Shown: in pieces, positions 49,888-62,682 of the stretch | Layout of the letters: each line of letters opens with the position of its first letter | Numbering within the stretch: position 1 is the stretch's first letter | Source of the DNA: Hydrolagus colliei | Lineage: Eukaryota | DNA length: 64,000 bases | Assembly: GCA_035084275.1 (NCBI GenBank) | Contig: CM068743.1 | Location: forward strand, 51,398,001 to 51,462,000 | Direction of reading: 5' to 3' | Translations under genes and position numbers: made by a program | Notes under the pieces: generated by a model | Seen by the model: the letters and a program-made list of their open reading frames with translations, nothing else | The model's database searches: none | Told to the model about the DNA's origin: nothing

Positions 49888-51344
49888 TCAATAGAAGTAC
49901 TGGGCAGTAGCTGATCAATTAGCATAATGTCAATACAGTACTGACTTCCAAAACTCTTTTCCCCTGTTACTTCTATGAAGAAAATCATTTCAGTGTTGCC
50001 GTACTCCAATCCTTGAATTGTTAGCCTGTTCTCTGGTCGTACTGTTGCCTGTACAAGTAATTTGCTTACAGTTGTTGTCTAGGAGTAGCATAACCTTGTG
50101 GATTATAGCTGTTTTAACTTATTTATATTAATACAAGCGGTGTTACTTGAAGTAACTGTATAAATCGTCCAGTAAAGAAAAATGTAATTATGTGTTGCAG
50201 TCTTTCAAAGTGTATGTATGTGTTAGTTGCTACATGTCAAAATAGCTCCAAGCTTGCAATAAGTAATTTAATTTCAGACTATCGTCCTTTGTAATTGATA
50301 TCGTAGTGTTATATCACTGAGATGCTACCTATTCTGTGTTATTAGTGAACAGTGAATTTTGTGAAGGATATTGCGATTTTGAACTGTATGTCTATGCTGT
50401 GCCTTGTATGACTTTGCACGAATTCCAATAAGTGGCTCTTAGCGCAGCGTCAGTGTATGTTTTTTTGTGACAAAGGATAAATATAAAGCCTAAAGTCTGG
50501 CAGCTTAAGAAATTCGTGATGAGCTTTTGTATTTGTTTTTAAGACTGACTGGAAGTTAAAATAAAGTTTCTATAGTAACTTTCCTGGACTTTTGTGTCCC
50601 AGATAAGCATTCCTGTTGTGTGTTGTCCTGTGAATTAAATATTTTAAATGCTTCTATTCGTCAACGTTTTAATATAAAATTCCGCTAAAACTAACAAACG
50701 GTGTCTATTCTGTACAATTTTGCACCATTCATTCAGATGGACATGCTCCAGCTAATGTGAGTATCAGTGCTCACATGAAGCAAACAAGTTGCGCGAACTT
50801 AGGTCGAATGATTCAAATATGCATCTTTTGAACTCTGGTTATTTAATGTGGCTGAAAGCAGAACAATATCGACAACATATAAACCCCCTTTTTTCTGTAT
50901 TGGATGTTAGTACTTTACGTAATTCGAATTAATACGCTTGCCTCCGACTGTAACACTCCATACACCCTGATTGTTGTGCGCACCTCAAACAGCATTTGCT
51001 AATCAGGTTCATTTTATGCTAAACACCAATTTCCCTTTCTTCCGTGTATTCATACAAGACCTCGTGTGAACACCAAGATACTTTGAAAGTCTTTTGCGTT
51101 GATCCGGAAAAAAAAGTGGGCATTGAAGTACTCCAAACACTTTTTGTTCAGCAGGTAGGCGTTAGTCACGTTCCCCCTCAACTCCTCTACCAAAGTGTAG
51201 AGTAAATGTTTTCCAACAGGTATCTTTCGTTTTAGAGTTTACTTACCGCATGTAGGCAGAGCAGGAAAAAAAAGCAGGTCTTAGCTCCTGACATCAAGTA
51301 GGGATCAGCACTTTTACTCTTTCTGCTTACTTGGTGTCTGTCCT

Positions 51345-51575
51345 TTAAAGTTATAAACAGTAAACTTTTATACACCTCAGTTCGGGCTATATGACATTTG
51401 GGTGCCAAATGAATAGGGTTTTGTCTATGAATTAGATCGTAAAATCATCCATAGCACAGACTGATAGCCTCACTGGCTATAAAAAATCACGTGGTGTCAT
51501 TAAAGTAAGTTTTATGGTTTTGGGGAGTTGACAACCAACAGTATATTCTACATAACATATAATCTCGCTGACGCT
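51345..51575 (+). promoter_or_regulatory. Conserved element 3' of hoxa5 (paralogous Hox5-Hox4 block / distal promoter)
   Basis: TGACATTTGGGTGCCAAATGAATAGGG...ATTAGATCGTAAAAT...GGCTATAAAAAATCACGTGGTGTCATTAAAGTAAGTTTTATGGTTTTGGGGAGTTGACA; dense Hox/Cdx/Meis/E-box motifs recognised from memory as a cross-cluster conserved block. Confidence 0.7.
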
Positions 51576-54500
51576 GGACTGCATTTGGCTCCTTTGCAGA
51601 TTGCATGTGCACACAGGCCACTCAAATGGCTAATCTTCATGACCAGAGGACTATCCATACCAACTCCAGTGTACCAGAAAGTTATGTATTCTTGCCTCTG
51701 GAGGTAAGTTTTGTTGAAATATTATTGTTATTTACCATTGATGGGGAAAACTCGGCCCAGTAAATGGCTCCTCATCACCACCCAGAGTGCACTGAGGCAG
51801 AAATGGGCCAGGGTGAATCAGTTGTGGCTTTCTTTGGGGGTTCAGATGATCTCACTTGTTAAATAAGCCGAAAACAGAGAGAATTATTCTCATACGTGGA
51901 ATAACTTAGAAAAGTTGAAACGATGGAGCTTCATTTGAAGTGAGGTGTATCTCAGAAGTTATTTTACCCTCTGGAGGATTTTCATTGAATTGACTGTTAA
52001 TGACATCATTTTCATAAGGTTTGGCAGAAAATTTCTATTTGTTTCTCTCAAAGTATTAGTTTCTCAAAAGTTGTTTCAGTTTTATTTGTGCATTCGTGTC
52101 TCGTGGAGGGGGTAATGCCTCTGTGCTAGCAGGAATTTATTCGTTTGAACAGTGTGTAGTTGTTACTGTTTCAAGTACAATAGAACATTAAGTTTTTATT
52201 GTCATGCTTAGAGAAGCTGCAGGGCATAAGTACTTTTTATGACTGTTGTAAGAGTGTTGAAAGCTTCCTCGTGTTGTTCTCAAAACTGCAGCTTGCTTTT
52301 TGATGACTCAAGTACACAGTATCCTTATTATATATGCCATCATTACCATTTCCTTTTAAGAAATCTCATTATTTTATATGTAACTCTGGTGTCAACAGTT
52401 CTAACCATGTTCCATATGTTTTTTTTGGTGAAAGACAATTAAGTAAATGCAACAAAACTTAATTCAAACAACTTCGAATGACAGCAATGTCTGCAATAGA
52501 GGTGCTGTACGGCTCTTTTTCCTGAAAACAACATGCATTTAAAACACAGCCAGCGGAAGAGTTACTTCAGCTTTAAATCTGAGTGTAGTAACACCAACAT
52601 TGTTTTAGCTCAATTGCTGGGTTCCCACAGTTCTGACTGACCAACCATAAACTTTATGACCGGCGTTTCTTTTCTTTGAAGCTTCCGCTAGCCTAATATC
52701 CAGATCTACAAGAAGAGTGTTTGAAGTTACATTGTCTCTAACGAGTCCTTCAATGCGGAAGGTGGACATTAGCCCCCAATTGGTGTGAGATTTTACATTG
52801 GCAAACCCAATCGTTAATATAGGAAATGGAGAGAGCAGGCGGCCACGTCGTTAAAGTGGGACAGCACGGTTGAAAGCAATTAGCCCATCCAGAATTTCTA
52901 CTCAAAACATTCCACTGTAATTAGGTCAGTTTTACGATGTGCTATAAAGATCCAACCACAAATAAAGGAAATAGGGCCTGTATTGCTGCAGTGGTTCCGG
53001 ATCGCCCAAGTCAATCGTGTCAATCAGTTGTAATTTCCTTTGTATTAGTTTACATTTAGATATGACGGTTTTAATATATCACTTGTCCACTTCACTTAAA
53101 TAACTTTTACAACAAGACGAAACAGACTTTAGTTTCACTCAGATTAAGTGAATGCTATTCAACGCAACGTTATGTATCATTCACAAGATTTAAGTTGACT
53201 TTTAGCGGCAATTGCTTTCCCTAAACATCAATGATATTGTGATACGTTATTCAGTTTCAAATTGCATAAAGTTTGGGCTTAAAGTACCACTATTGGGTAT
53301 GTTTATATTTCGTGGAGGTCTCCAACCTTTTCAATTTGAAGCTACGAGACTCTAAGGAGAAGTATCTTGGCAAAATTAAAGATTTAAATATGTAAATATT
53401 TACCTCATCCTCATTCGTATATATTATACACATAGATATTCTGCGGTGAATAACAATGGGCTAAAAGGCATGAAAATGCTGCAAATACTGAATCCCTCTT
53501 TCTGTATTTTTCTTGATGAGGCCAAATGCATATTGCCTCAAATAAGGGGTCATCAGTTGTCACAGCTGCACTTGCTGAACAAACTGCAGGGACAATGCGA
53601 GGGTTTTAATAAAATAATCAACGCGCATTATTTACTTATATGATTCAGTGTCTTCTGAAAATAAATGTGTACACATGATTCACGACTCATTTTACTATGG
53701 CTGGTGCTATTAGTGGTACTTTTAGACGGACTGACGTAATTATATACGAGGAAGTAAAGTACATTTAGAAAATTTCATCCGAAAGTTGTGTAGGAAAAGA
53801 TAGAAATATACTTTAGCCGCTATCTCTTCCATGGCCCAAAAATGCATTTTCATTGGAATGTTTCATTTTACACCCCAATATCTACAGTATAAGCCAAAGA
53901 GCTAGTTCAAAAATATAGTCACATTTATAAATTTACCTTCCACCTAAGCTAACACATCTGTAAAGGTTTGGGTAAACCATTTGATGTAGGCTATGAAATG
54001 TATCAAAAATTGTTCCTTTACACACCACCTCATAAATCAATGAGTAGATACACAGCAATACAGTACTATTTACCGTTTTGCTGTGTTCTTGTGTGGAATA
54101 GGTTGGGGATTACAGTTGATTAAAAGAATAACATAATTTTGAAAAACATGATTAGTAAATTTAAGGGGTTTGGTACAGGATTGGTGGGTGTAAAATGTGG
54201 AATGTGATTTGTTTATGTTTCGCCAGAGTAAGGGCAACGAGAGGACAACACGATTTTCAATAACAACAAACTATACTAGTTTATCTTTTGGACACAGCAG
54301 ACATCTTTTGCGACGTTTCTAACTGTGTCTTTCCCCTAAGTCCAAGGCAAAACGTCCAAACTCATTGTTTTGTGTAACTCAGTCTATGTAAACTTATGCA
54401 GCATAGTATGTGAAAATGTAATCACTCTTCTCGATGTCTTTTCAGCAATCTCGAGAGTTCTGCAACATTGTGATTTCCTGTTTATGGACAAAGTAACAGC

Positions 54501-57500
54501 TAATTGATTTGACGTTCATTAGAGAGAGTAAAATAAATGAAAGAGGAAGCACCCAATGCGGATTCTTTTGTAAACGTACACAAAACAAAACAAAACGGAA
54601 ATTACTTTAAACGGAAGAGGAAAATTCATAGAAATTCACATTCAATAATATTTTGGAGCACATAAATAGAATTAAAGTATTGTGTGACATAATAATGAAG
54701 CCTTTGCATGGTTTTAAAATTACATTGACTTTATCTCAATATCTGTAGCCTGCCTGGTGTGAAGTTTCATTTGAAATGCTTTGCATTCCAAAGATAGTCA
54801 TGAAATATTTTATTGAGTATTATAATCGAAAATTTATTTAAGAAAAGTTTACAGGGGATAGGAAGTTCTATAATCACCACATGTTATTTTTTTTCATTTG
54901 ATTTCAACTGTTCTATTCGCCAGTTACAAGTTTGATATTAATTGTTATTCAAAGGGCAGATTAAATGGAAAGAAAGGAAATCAAACGGATGTCTGAATAC
55001 GCCGATAGGAATTTCTCACCAATACGTTTGTGGTACAAATTGACCTCTTCTTGAAATAAGGGGTTGTTATTCTTCAAGAAAGGGATAGATTAAACGTTGT
55101 GAACACAATATATCCTGGATCACATGTAAAATATCGCTGTGCCATTGCATCATTCTATCGTTGAATTAGGTAGAGAAAAAAAATAAAACCCACTACAAAA
55201 ACCTATTGGATTGTATTTTATTTTGCCAACACAATCGGTACATTAAATAAGGAAGTAAAAGTTGTGCAGTCGTAATCATATAACTTTGCTGAATAGCGTA
55301 TTATCACGTAAAATAGCGATATGATTTACGTTCACAATTTTGTATGCCAACACTGGAGCTTTTGACGAAGGCAACTAACGCAATGAAGGTATCGTTTCGC
55401 GAAAAGGTCATATCTAATCAATGGAAAAAACTGATTTAAACCTAATTTATTATTTTCTGGGTTCTCAACTTGATAGTTTGTTATCGTTTGATTCAAAATC
55501 CTGAATGTACTGCCTGTGCTGCCATTACTGTTGTTAGTGGGATATCATAAATAATCTTGAGTGTGTAAGAAACGATATCAAAGGTAGATCCCAAGATTCC
55601 CATTTTGCCTTATACCTGATAACTAGCAATGTGGATCATTTCGTGGTGCTAGGATTTCTCGTTGCTTAAACCTGTTAAAGCATGTACTCGAGAGACAGAG
55701 AGAGAAAGGATTATCGGAAGATGTATCTGCACACCCTACAAGTCACCAGCAGAGCTCGCTTTAGACCAAGTTCACAGTCACATTGCATTAGTATGAACGT
55801 GGGAGCTCACACGTCTATTGTTCTATCAATACAGCGGAGAAGGAGAAAAGGACGTAAATATTAAAATAGTCTCATAAGGTTAACGACTTTTTGTCAGGGT
55901 TATCTAAAATTGCCTGTGGCAACTGCCGCAAAAAAACTTACCCATTTTGTATATCCAACTAAATAGTAGAGCACTTGAATAAATAGCTTGCAGACAGCTG
56001 ACGTTTCATGCCACGTTTGAGATTAATTTAAGGAGAAAGAAAAGGTTTCACTCATTTCAAAAAAAGTAACGATTCTCTCACTATTTCCAATCCTGAAATT
56101 AGTAGTGCATCGTGAAAATAGTGAACGAAAGGGGAATATCATTTCAGTCCTCGGTGGCGCTTTGAGAGTGTTGTATCTCTGTATCCTGGTTGGCAGGGCG
56201 GTGCAACTGTAGGTCAAAAAGTTGAGGGTCAAAAGTTTACGTTTTGCACGACTTGTAATGATCTGCTCAGACAGAGTTTGATGTCAATGTTATAGCGCGA
56301 TCTTGACTATCAGCACAAAAGATAAAATAGCTTTGAGTTACTCGTGTATCATACTATGGACTCCAGGTGAACCCTGGCGACTGAGCGACCTCAATTACTG
56401 ACGAAAGGAAAGAAAAAATATTCTTTTCATGACCAAGACACGCTGTATTTCATCTTGAAAAATTGACCACGGTAATTTTAATGTCTGTTGTGTACGTGCA
56501 GCAGGTAAACCTTTAGCAACTGTACACAATTTAAGTGACTTGTAAACATATATTTGAATTGTTTTATTCAGTTTAGTTTTTTATCGTGTGCACTCTCGCT
56601 TGTTTTTAAACGGGCGAGATGGCGCAGCAGCGAAGCTGTTGAATTGCTCACACCATGGAAGCAATCTCTGACTCCGGGCTAAGACCGGCATCAATTAGGT
56701 TAAAATTCACGTAGAGTTCCCCAGATAATAGACTTAGTTCAAAACTGTAGTGCATGTGATGTTTGTATTGTCTGTACATTTTCAAAATCACGCTATTTTC
56801 AGTGATTCAATGAAAACCTAGTTTTAAGTACTTTTGATTATGAATGGCCTAACTTGTATTTCAATCGATTTTAATGCGCTCGAGCATAGTGTGACACTCG
56901 ATTGAGTGTTAAACTGTGAGGCCAAAAGTTCTTTCTCCAACAAAAATCCAGGAATGCGATTTATTTATAAGTGTTCAAAACTGACAACATTTGTTCATTT
57001 TTAAAACGTTGGGATCTGCCTTGATTTTTTTTACCACATATGTGTGATTCAATAATAATTGTAAGACTCCTGTCAATGGAGTGAACATGATCAGAACAAT
57101 TTAAAATGAAAATAAAGTGGTGCAATTAAATACCAGCTATTCCATTCAATCAATTAATATAAAAGGTCGAAGCAAGCAATGTGGTTTTGTGTGAAACTGC
57201 TTTCTAAACGTAATGCGGTAATTCCTGTTCACCATATGAATTTTAAAGAAACGTATTGACAATCTAACATAGGACTTAACTCCAATTAACCGATTGATTT
57301 AATTTTTATTTAAATTTAGTTGATTACAATCTGTTTGTTGGGTCAAAAAAAAGCAAAATTTGTGTTACACGTTTTTGTAAAATCGTGGAACTAGACAACT
57401 GAATTTATACCTTAATACTCAGACTCGATTTTTTTTTAATGAATAATGTTCCAAAATATTTCGTAAGCTTATGTTGAGTTGTTCTGCCTTACTCTGTAGC

Positions 57501-58661
57501 TTTTGAATCGAAGAATGTTTGTAGCTCAGAAAAACGTATCAAACAAATCAAGCAAAGATCGCCTCACATAAACAGAGAACAAAAAATATAGAATTAAATG
57601 AAAACTGTGTTGTTCTTAGGTTAGTTCAAAAAGATTCAACAACTTGGATTTTGCAGGTTAATAAAAAGGCAAAATATATAATGTAACCAGCAGAGTAATC
57701 ATTTCTGAAGTCCCTTTTTATTTGGATTTGACGTGAAGGGATTTTGCAAAGACCAATTGAATTCTAAATGGAACTTCCAATTGAACTCCTATGGATCCAT
57801 CTGTATGTTCGTGGTGTAGATAAATTATTGAATATAGATAGAAAGGATGCTCATTCTCGCAGGATTTCCTTTTCACTGCGTTAAAGTAAGAGCAAAATGA
57901 AAGCTTCAGCCATGTCTATCACATACAAACTCAACATTTCTCTCCTGTAATAAGAGGGGGTTAAATATGTCAGTATTCAACGAATACATTCGTTTATCTG
58001 AGTTAACACTTGTTACTAGTTTTGTAACTTGTCCATGATTGTGTCATTATGGTTGTTAATCTGTTCATCATAGTTCCCAATTTAATGCTATTCTAGAAGC
58101 AAAGGTTTGTTGACACTCATTTAAAATTGGCAACTGCCCATTTCAAAGAAGAAACTTGCCCTAAAAAGTGATGATATTAACCTCAAACTTCTTTTATAAC
58201 GCTATTTTGAATGACTTAACCCAGCCTGAAATGCTTGAACCCTGCAGCACACGTATATAGACAGAAGCGAGAATTTGAAATGCAATGCAGATGTATTGCT
58301 AAAACAAAGCAGGCCTTTGTGTAAGTTTCTTGCAAGTTAAATTAATTTCAAATTCAGAAACCACATTGTCCAACCACTGACATGGTTTTATTTAGTGTTT
58401 CCTCTACTTTGATTACTATCAATGATTTACCAAAGCAAAAATATCACAAATTATTGCTTTTTTGAACTCCAAAATTGAGAACATTTTATTTTAAATATTT
58501 AAAGACGATTACCAAATAGGCTATTGAAATACTCAAGACTGCATTGAACCCATGCGATTTGCCTTGTTTTCCCCCCTCCTCAAAGGTAATGACCTGGGCA
58601 AAACACCCTAGTATCTGAAAGAGCACTATAGACCTTTTAGAAATGGCTAAGTCCAAGGCCG

Positions 58662-58678
58662 AGGTGAAATTCAGGTCA
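58662..58678 (+). promoter_or_regulatory. DR5 retinoic acid response element upstream of hoxa4
   Basis: AGGTGA-aattc-AGGTCA, 2925 bp upstream of the hoxa4 ATG; matches the known Hoxa4/Hoxd4 5' RARE type; flanked by YY1-like AAATGGC (58641) and TGTCA motifs. Confidence 0.85.
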
Positions 58679-61419
58679 CCGCGTCTAACAAATATGAAAA
58701 TGTCGCCTCACGAATGGCACGCCTTGTTACTTAACAAAGACTGTCAATGTATAAGATTAATAAGAAACAAAATGCACACGGTGTCACTTTTCGGTCACTT
58801 CCAAACTTAGCTTAGCGTATCCTTCGCGAAATCTAATTCATTGAATAAAAATGTTTTGTTTCGTTTCTCGTGTTGGAGCTCAATAAACGCGCAGTTGTGC
58901 AGCGCTGTGGGATGTGGAAGTCTGCTCGAAGATGTATCTTCGAAATATACCGTTTTACTTGTTTTATTTGGATGCTGAGGCGGACATTGGCTATTTTAAC
59001 CATATGTCCCAGATAGAACTGGAGAACAATTACATTACCACCATGGCGCAACCTATGTGATAAACCCAGGGCAGTGCTGGCGGATTCAGACGCTAAATGA
59101 GGAATTTATGACACTATCAACCAAACTACTGTTTCCTGTTTGGAGGGGAAATTAAACTGGTAAAGTCTAATCTCTGATTTATCAAACCACGAAACGATCT
59201 TCACTTAAGCAGTAAACGGATTCCTCGACACTTTCTAAATGTAAATTTGATATGAACGCTTTTAAAATATACACCTTTCAAAATATTGTGTAAAAAAATG
59301 CTAACTTTGGCTTTATCTCGAAAATGGCTGTAAATCTAACCTTGCAGTAAAAATGTCAAATGTGCAGGCAGGCGAGATAACACTTGGGGGTCTTGGCTTC
59401 ATCTCTGTTTATGAAGAGGAAACAAAATCTGCAAAGGCGACTGACCCGCGTTTACTTGTCCTCAGTAATTTCTTGCGTATATGAGATGCAAACTTATTCC
59501 TAATTTTTCCTCCTAGAGCATCAAACGCATATTTCTCAAGTTAATCAACGGGCGATATTATTTACCAGAAGATTACTTTATCAGATCAAAGTAATTTGCG
59601 CCACCCATGTTTAGAGAAACTCACGTCTTTTATTGGGGAGAGGTTAATTTTACTGTATTTTTGGAAAACGAATAGAATGTTCTATTTACATTATAATACT
59701 TATTTTGGGGACATTTAAAAACATGAATTATTTAAAGAGGAAGAATTAAATGTAAACATCTGTACAAGCTGCTCTACGTAAACAACACAAAATATTAGGC
59801 CATCATCCATGGAGATAATCTAAACACATTCCATTTGTATATAAACTAGTGGAAATACATATTTGTTTATTGGATTGAAAGTCGATTAATTTCACTAGTA
59901 CGATATTTTATTGAAAACGTTTCACTGGACGATTCCGTTGGGTGGCAAACAGGACAGTGGGATAAATGCACCTTACAACTCGTGTTTCACAAAATAGTTC
60001 AAAGGGCTCGTTCAATTCAAACATCACATTCAATATCCGAATACAAAGAAATCTTACAAATATTAAAATAGGGGCTGGTAATGAATGTAAGATTGACAGG
60101 AACTGGCAGGGTGAACCCGTTATGTTTCAGAAAACAAGGCCCATTAAACACAATTACATTCCAAAAATATAGTGGCGTAAAATTATCATTTTCGTAAAAT
60201 AGAACTAATTATTTATTGTTTGAGGTATTTTTAATATAAAATATTAAGTAATCATAACAATATTTACTACATTTGACAAAATATTGAAAATTGCACTTTT
60301 TGAGTGTGTGTTTCTATTCCGAGGAAAGCGAATCTTTAAAAGTAAATGAATACTAATAATGGTTAGTGGTTTATACATATATATCAAGCGACTTATATCT
60401 TGCAATTAAGTAACGAATTATCATAGGTGCGGACACCATAAAAATGAGAAAACACTAGAAGCACCTGTAATATAAATTATTGATTGAGTGTTTTCCATAT
60501 ACACTCGCTCGGCAGGGGGAGGGGGACATGAAATACACCGATATTGTTCAAAAATTCGAAATAACAATTGAATGTCGGTTAAGTGTCTTGGGGAGGACTC
60601 CTGTTGAAATTAATCGTTTTGTTGAAGATTTGTTTTGTATTTTATTTATTTGTTTCAAACAAGAATTACATTTGCTAGGCAATTATATTAATAGAAGGTT
60701 CGTTTGCATCATGTTATATTATGTCCAATTAGATCAAATACAAGAATTAATCTCGTGAAATTGCATTTCCATTACACAATGAAGGTATGCATCGAACGAT
60801 TGAAGAATATGTTGTGCGTATTTGAGTACATTTAGAAGGGATCTGAAATGAATGTATAACTAAAATAAAATATCTTGGCTGTGGTCAGAATCCTCCACCA
60901 TGTTCCTAAGCCAGAAATGTTTCAAACAAATCTACAGTGATACATGCCATGATACCCAGGACCCAAATATTTTTTGGAATTTGTAAAATATAGTCACAAT
61001 TTTAATGAAATTCGTACTATAACATCTGAAGCCTTTCGGAAACATTTTGACAGTACGTTTTACAACAGAACCGAGAAGCGAGAATGTTTGATTCTCGTAT
61101 ACTGCATTTATTTTTCCTGCAGAAAACACTGAGAAAATTATTACATGGAAAACTATTTTCAGATAGAAGAACAATCCATTCAGACAACAAGCAATCTTTA
61201 ATTGACGTTATTTATTATGTTTTTCCCCCACCGGCATACATTTGAAAACATTTATATTTTACAATATAGCGTTTTTCTTATTTCGAATCTTACATTGTGT
61301 TAAGTCACTAGTTTTCTTGCATAGCTGGAGGTTTTCCTTCCTATGCAAAAAAAATGTAATTTCAGGGTAAAATTAGATTTTGAATGATAATATAGATTTT
61401 TGGACTAGACTCCCTGCAT

Positions 61420-61586
61420 TCATCATTGGTGTATTTCCTTATCCGGGGCCCACAGGCAGTCACCCCATTGGCTGACTGCATCACATGAACAACTAACTTT
61501 GTACACTTGACAGCAAGTAGGAGGGTTCTTATGGAACAGAAAAACGACAACGCGAGAAAAATTAGTATTTTGCACTTCAGAAATTA
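61420..61586 (+). promoter_or_regulatory. hoxa4 promoter / conserved 5' leader
   Basis: Two CATTGG boxes, CACATG E-box, CTTGACAGCAAGTAGGAGGG and CAGAAATTAATG, all typical of Hox4 paralogues. Confidence 0.75.
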
Positions 61587-61587
61587 A
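61531..61587 (+). other. Upstream ORF (18 aa, MEQKNDNARKISILHFRN) whose TAA overlaps the hoxa4 ATG
   Basis: ATG at 61531-61533 is open to TAA at 61585-61587; the final A is the first base of the hoxa4 ATG (TAATG). Translation is not shown. Confidence 0.55.
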
Positions 61588-62004
61588 TGACCATGAGTTC
61601 GTTTTTGATAAACTCCAACTACGTTGAGCCAAAATTTCCACCTTGTGAGGAATATTCTCAAAATAACTACATACCAAGCCAGTCTCCAGAATACTACGAG
61701 CGGCCGCGGGACACTGGATTCCATCATGAGGCACTATACCCACAATCAAACTACCCAGAGCCGACCTACAGCTTCAACAATGTCCAAGGCACTGGCAACC
61801 GAGACATGTCGCAAAGAGGTCATGTGCAGTCGCAGGCTAGTCTCCAAAATCACACACCGAGACAGAATCAGCTTTGTGAAGTGGTCCCAGTAGCCACACC
61901 AGCTTTGTGTAGCCAGAACGCGAAAATCCCCACTATCCAGAAAGGTACTCCCAGCAAAGAGCCTATAGTTTACCCGTGGATGAAGAAAATTCACGTTACC
62001 AACG
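61587..62004 (+). CDS. hoxa4: Homeobox protein HoxA4, exon 1
   Basis: MTMSSFLINSNYVEPKFPPCEEYSQ...KEPIVYPWMKKIHV; donor G|GTAAGT at 62004/62005. Confidence 0.96.
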
Positions 62005-62090
62005 GTAAGTAACTAAAAGCTGACTGAAGCAATTCAAAATCACTCGAAAGCGGATGTGCGGAACCCTTTTCTGTAACTAGCCCTTTCATG

Positions 62091-62150
62091 AGATTTACGA
62101 TCACCTAACTGTTAGGTCGGTAATTACAGCGCCCATAAATTTTATTGCCC
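62091..62150 (+). promoter_or_regulatory. HB-1 element in the hoxa4 intron
   Basis: GATTTACGA...GGTAATTAC...CCCATAAATTTTATTGC, the characteristic Hox4 intronic homeodomain/Cdx site cluster. Confidence 0.8.
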
Positions 62151-62356
62151 TGGATCTTGCTCCTGGCCATGTGTCTTTGATGCTTTTCTAACCTAAAAAC
62201 CCAGGGCCATTTTATTGCAGTAGATTGTTCTCCGTTGTCAGTACCCATTGAAAGAAAAAGTCTTGTCTTTTATAACCTTCATTCACGTGCATCTAATCCC
62301 ATTGTCAGATTCGTGTCTGTATCTGTACTTATGCTTGGTTACTTTTTTTTGTTCAG

Positions 62357-62682
62357 TGAACCCAAATTACACTGGAGGGGAGCCCAAACGGTCTCGAACT
62401 GCTTACACCAGACAGCAAGTCTTAGAGCTGGAGAAGGAGTTCCATTTTAACCGTTACCTAACCAGGCGTCGACGCATTGAGATTGCACATACTCTTTGCC
62501 TGTCTGAACGCCAGGTGAAGATCTGGTTTCAGAACAGAAGGATGAAATGGAAGAAAGATCACAAACTACCTAACACTAAGATGCGTTCTGCTAGCTCATC
62601 ATCTTCTACCAGCCAGCAATCACAAGTATCCTCTCATGGCCCTCAGCCAGATGGTTCAACACCAAATTCATCAAGTCTATAG
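62357..62682 (+). CDS. hoxa4: Homeobox protein HoxA4, exon 2 (homeodomain)
   Basis: Acceptor TTCAG| at 62356; [78 protein letters not shown]... Spliced protein 247 aa. Confidence 0.97.

Noticed and set aside
50000-61500. miR-10 between Hox5 and Hox4
   Set aside because: No TACCCTGTAGA mature sequence or matching hairpin found by eye; absence is expected for a HoxA cluster.
61519-61533. AGGAGG before the hoxa4 uORF ATG as a Shine-Dalgarno site
   Set aside because: Vertebrate 18S rRNA lacks the anti-SD tail; kept only as a shared motif.
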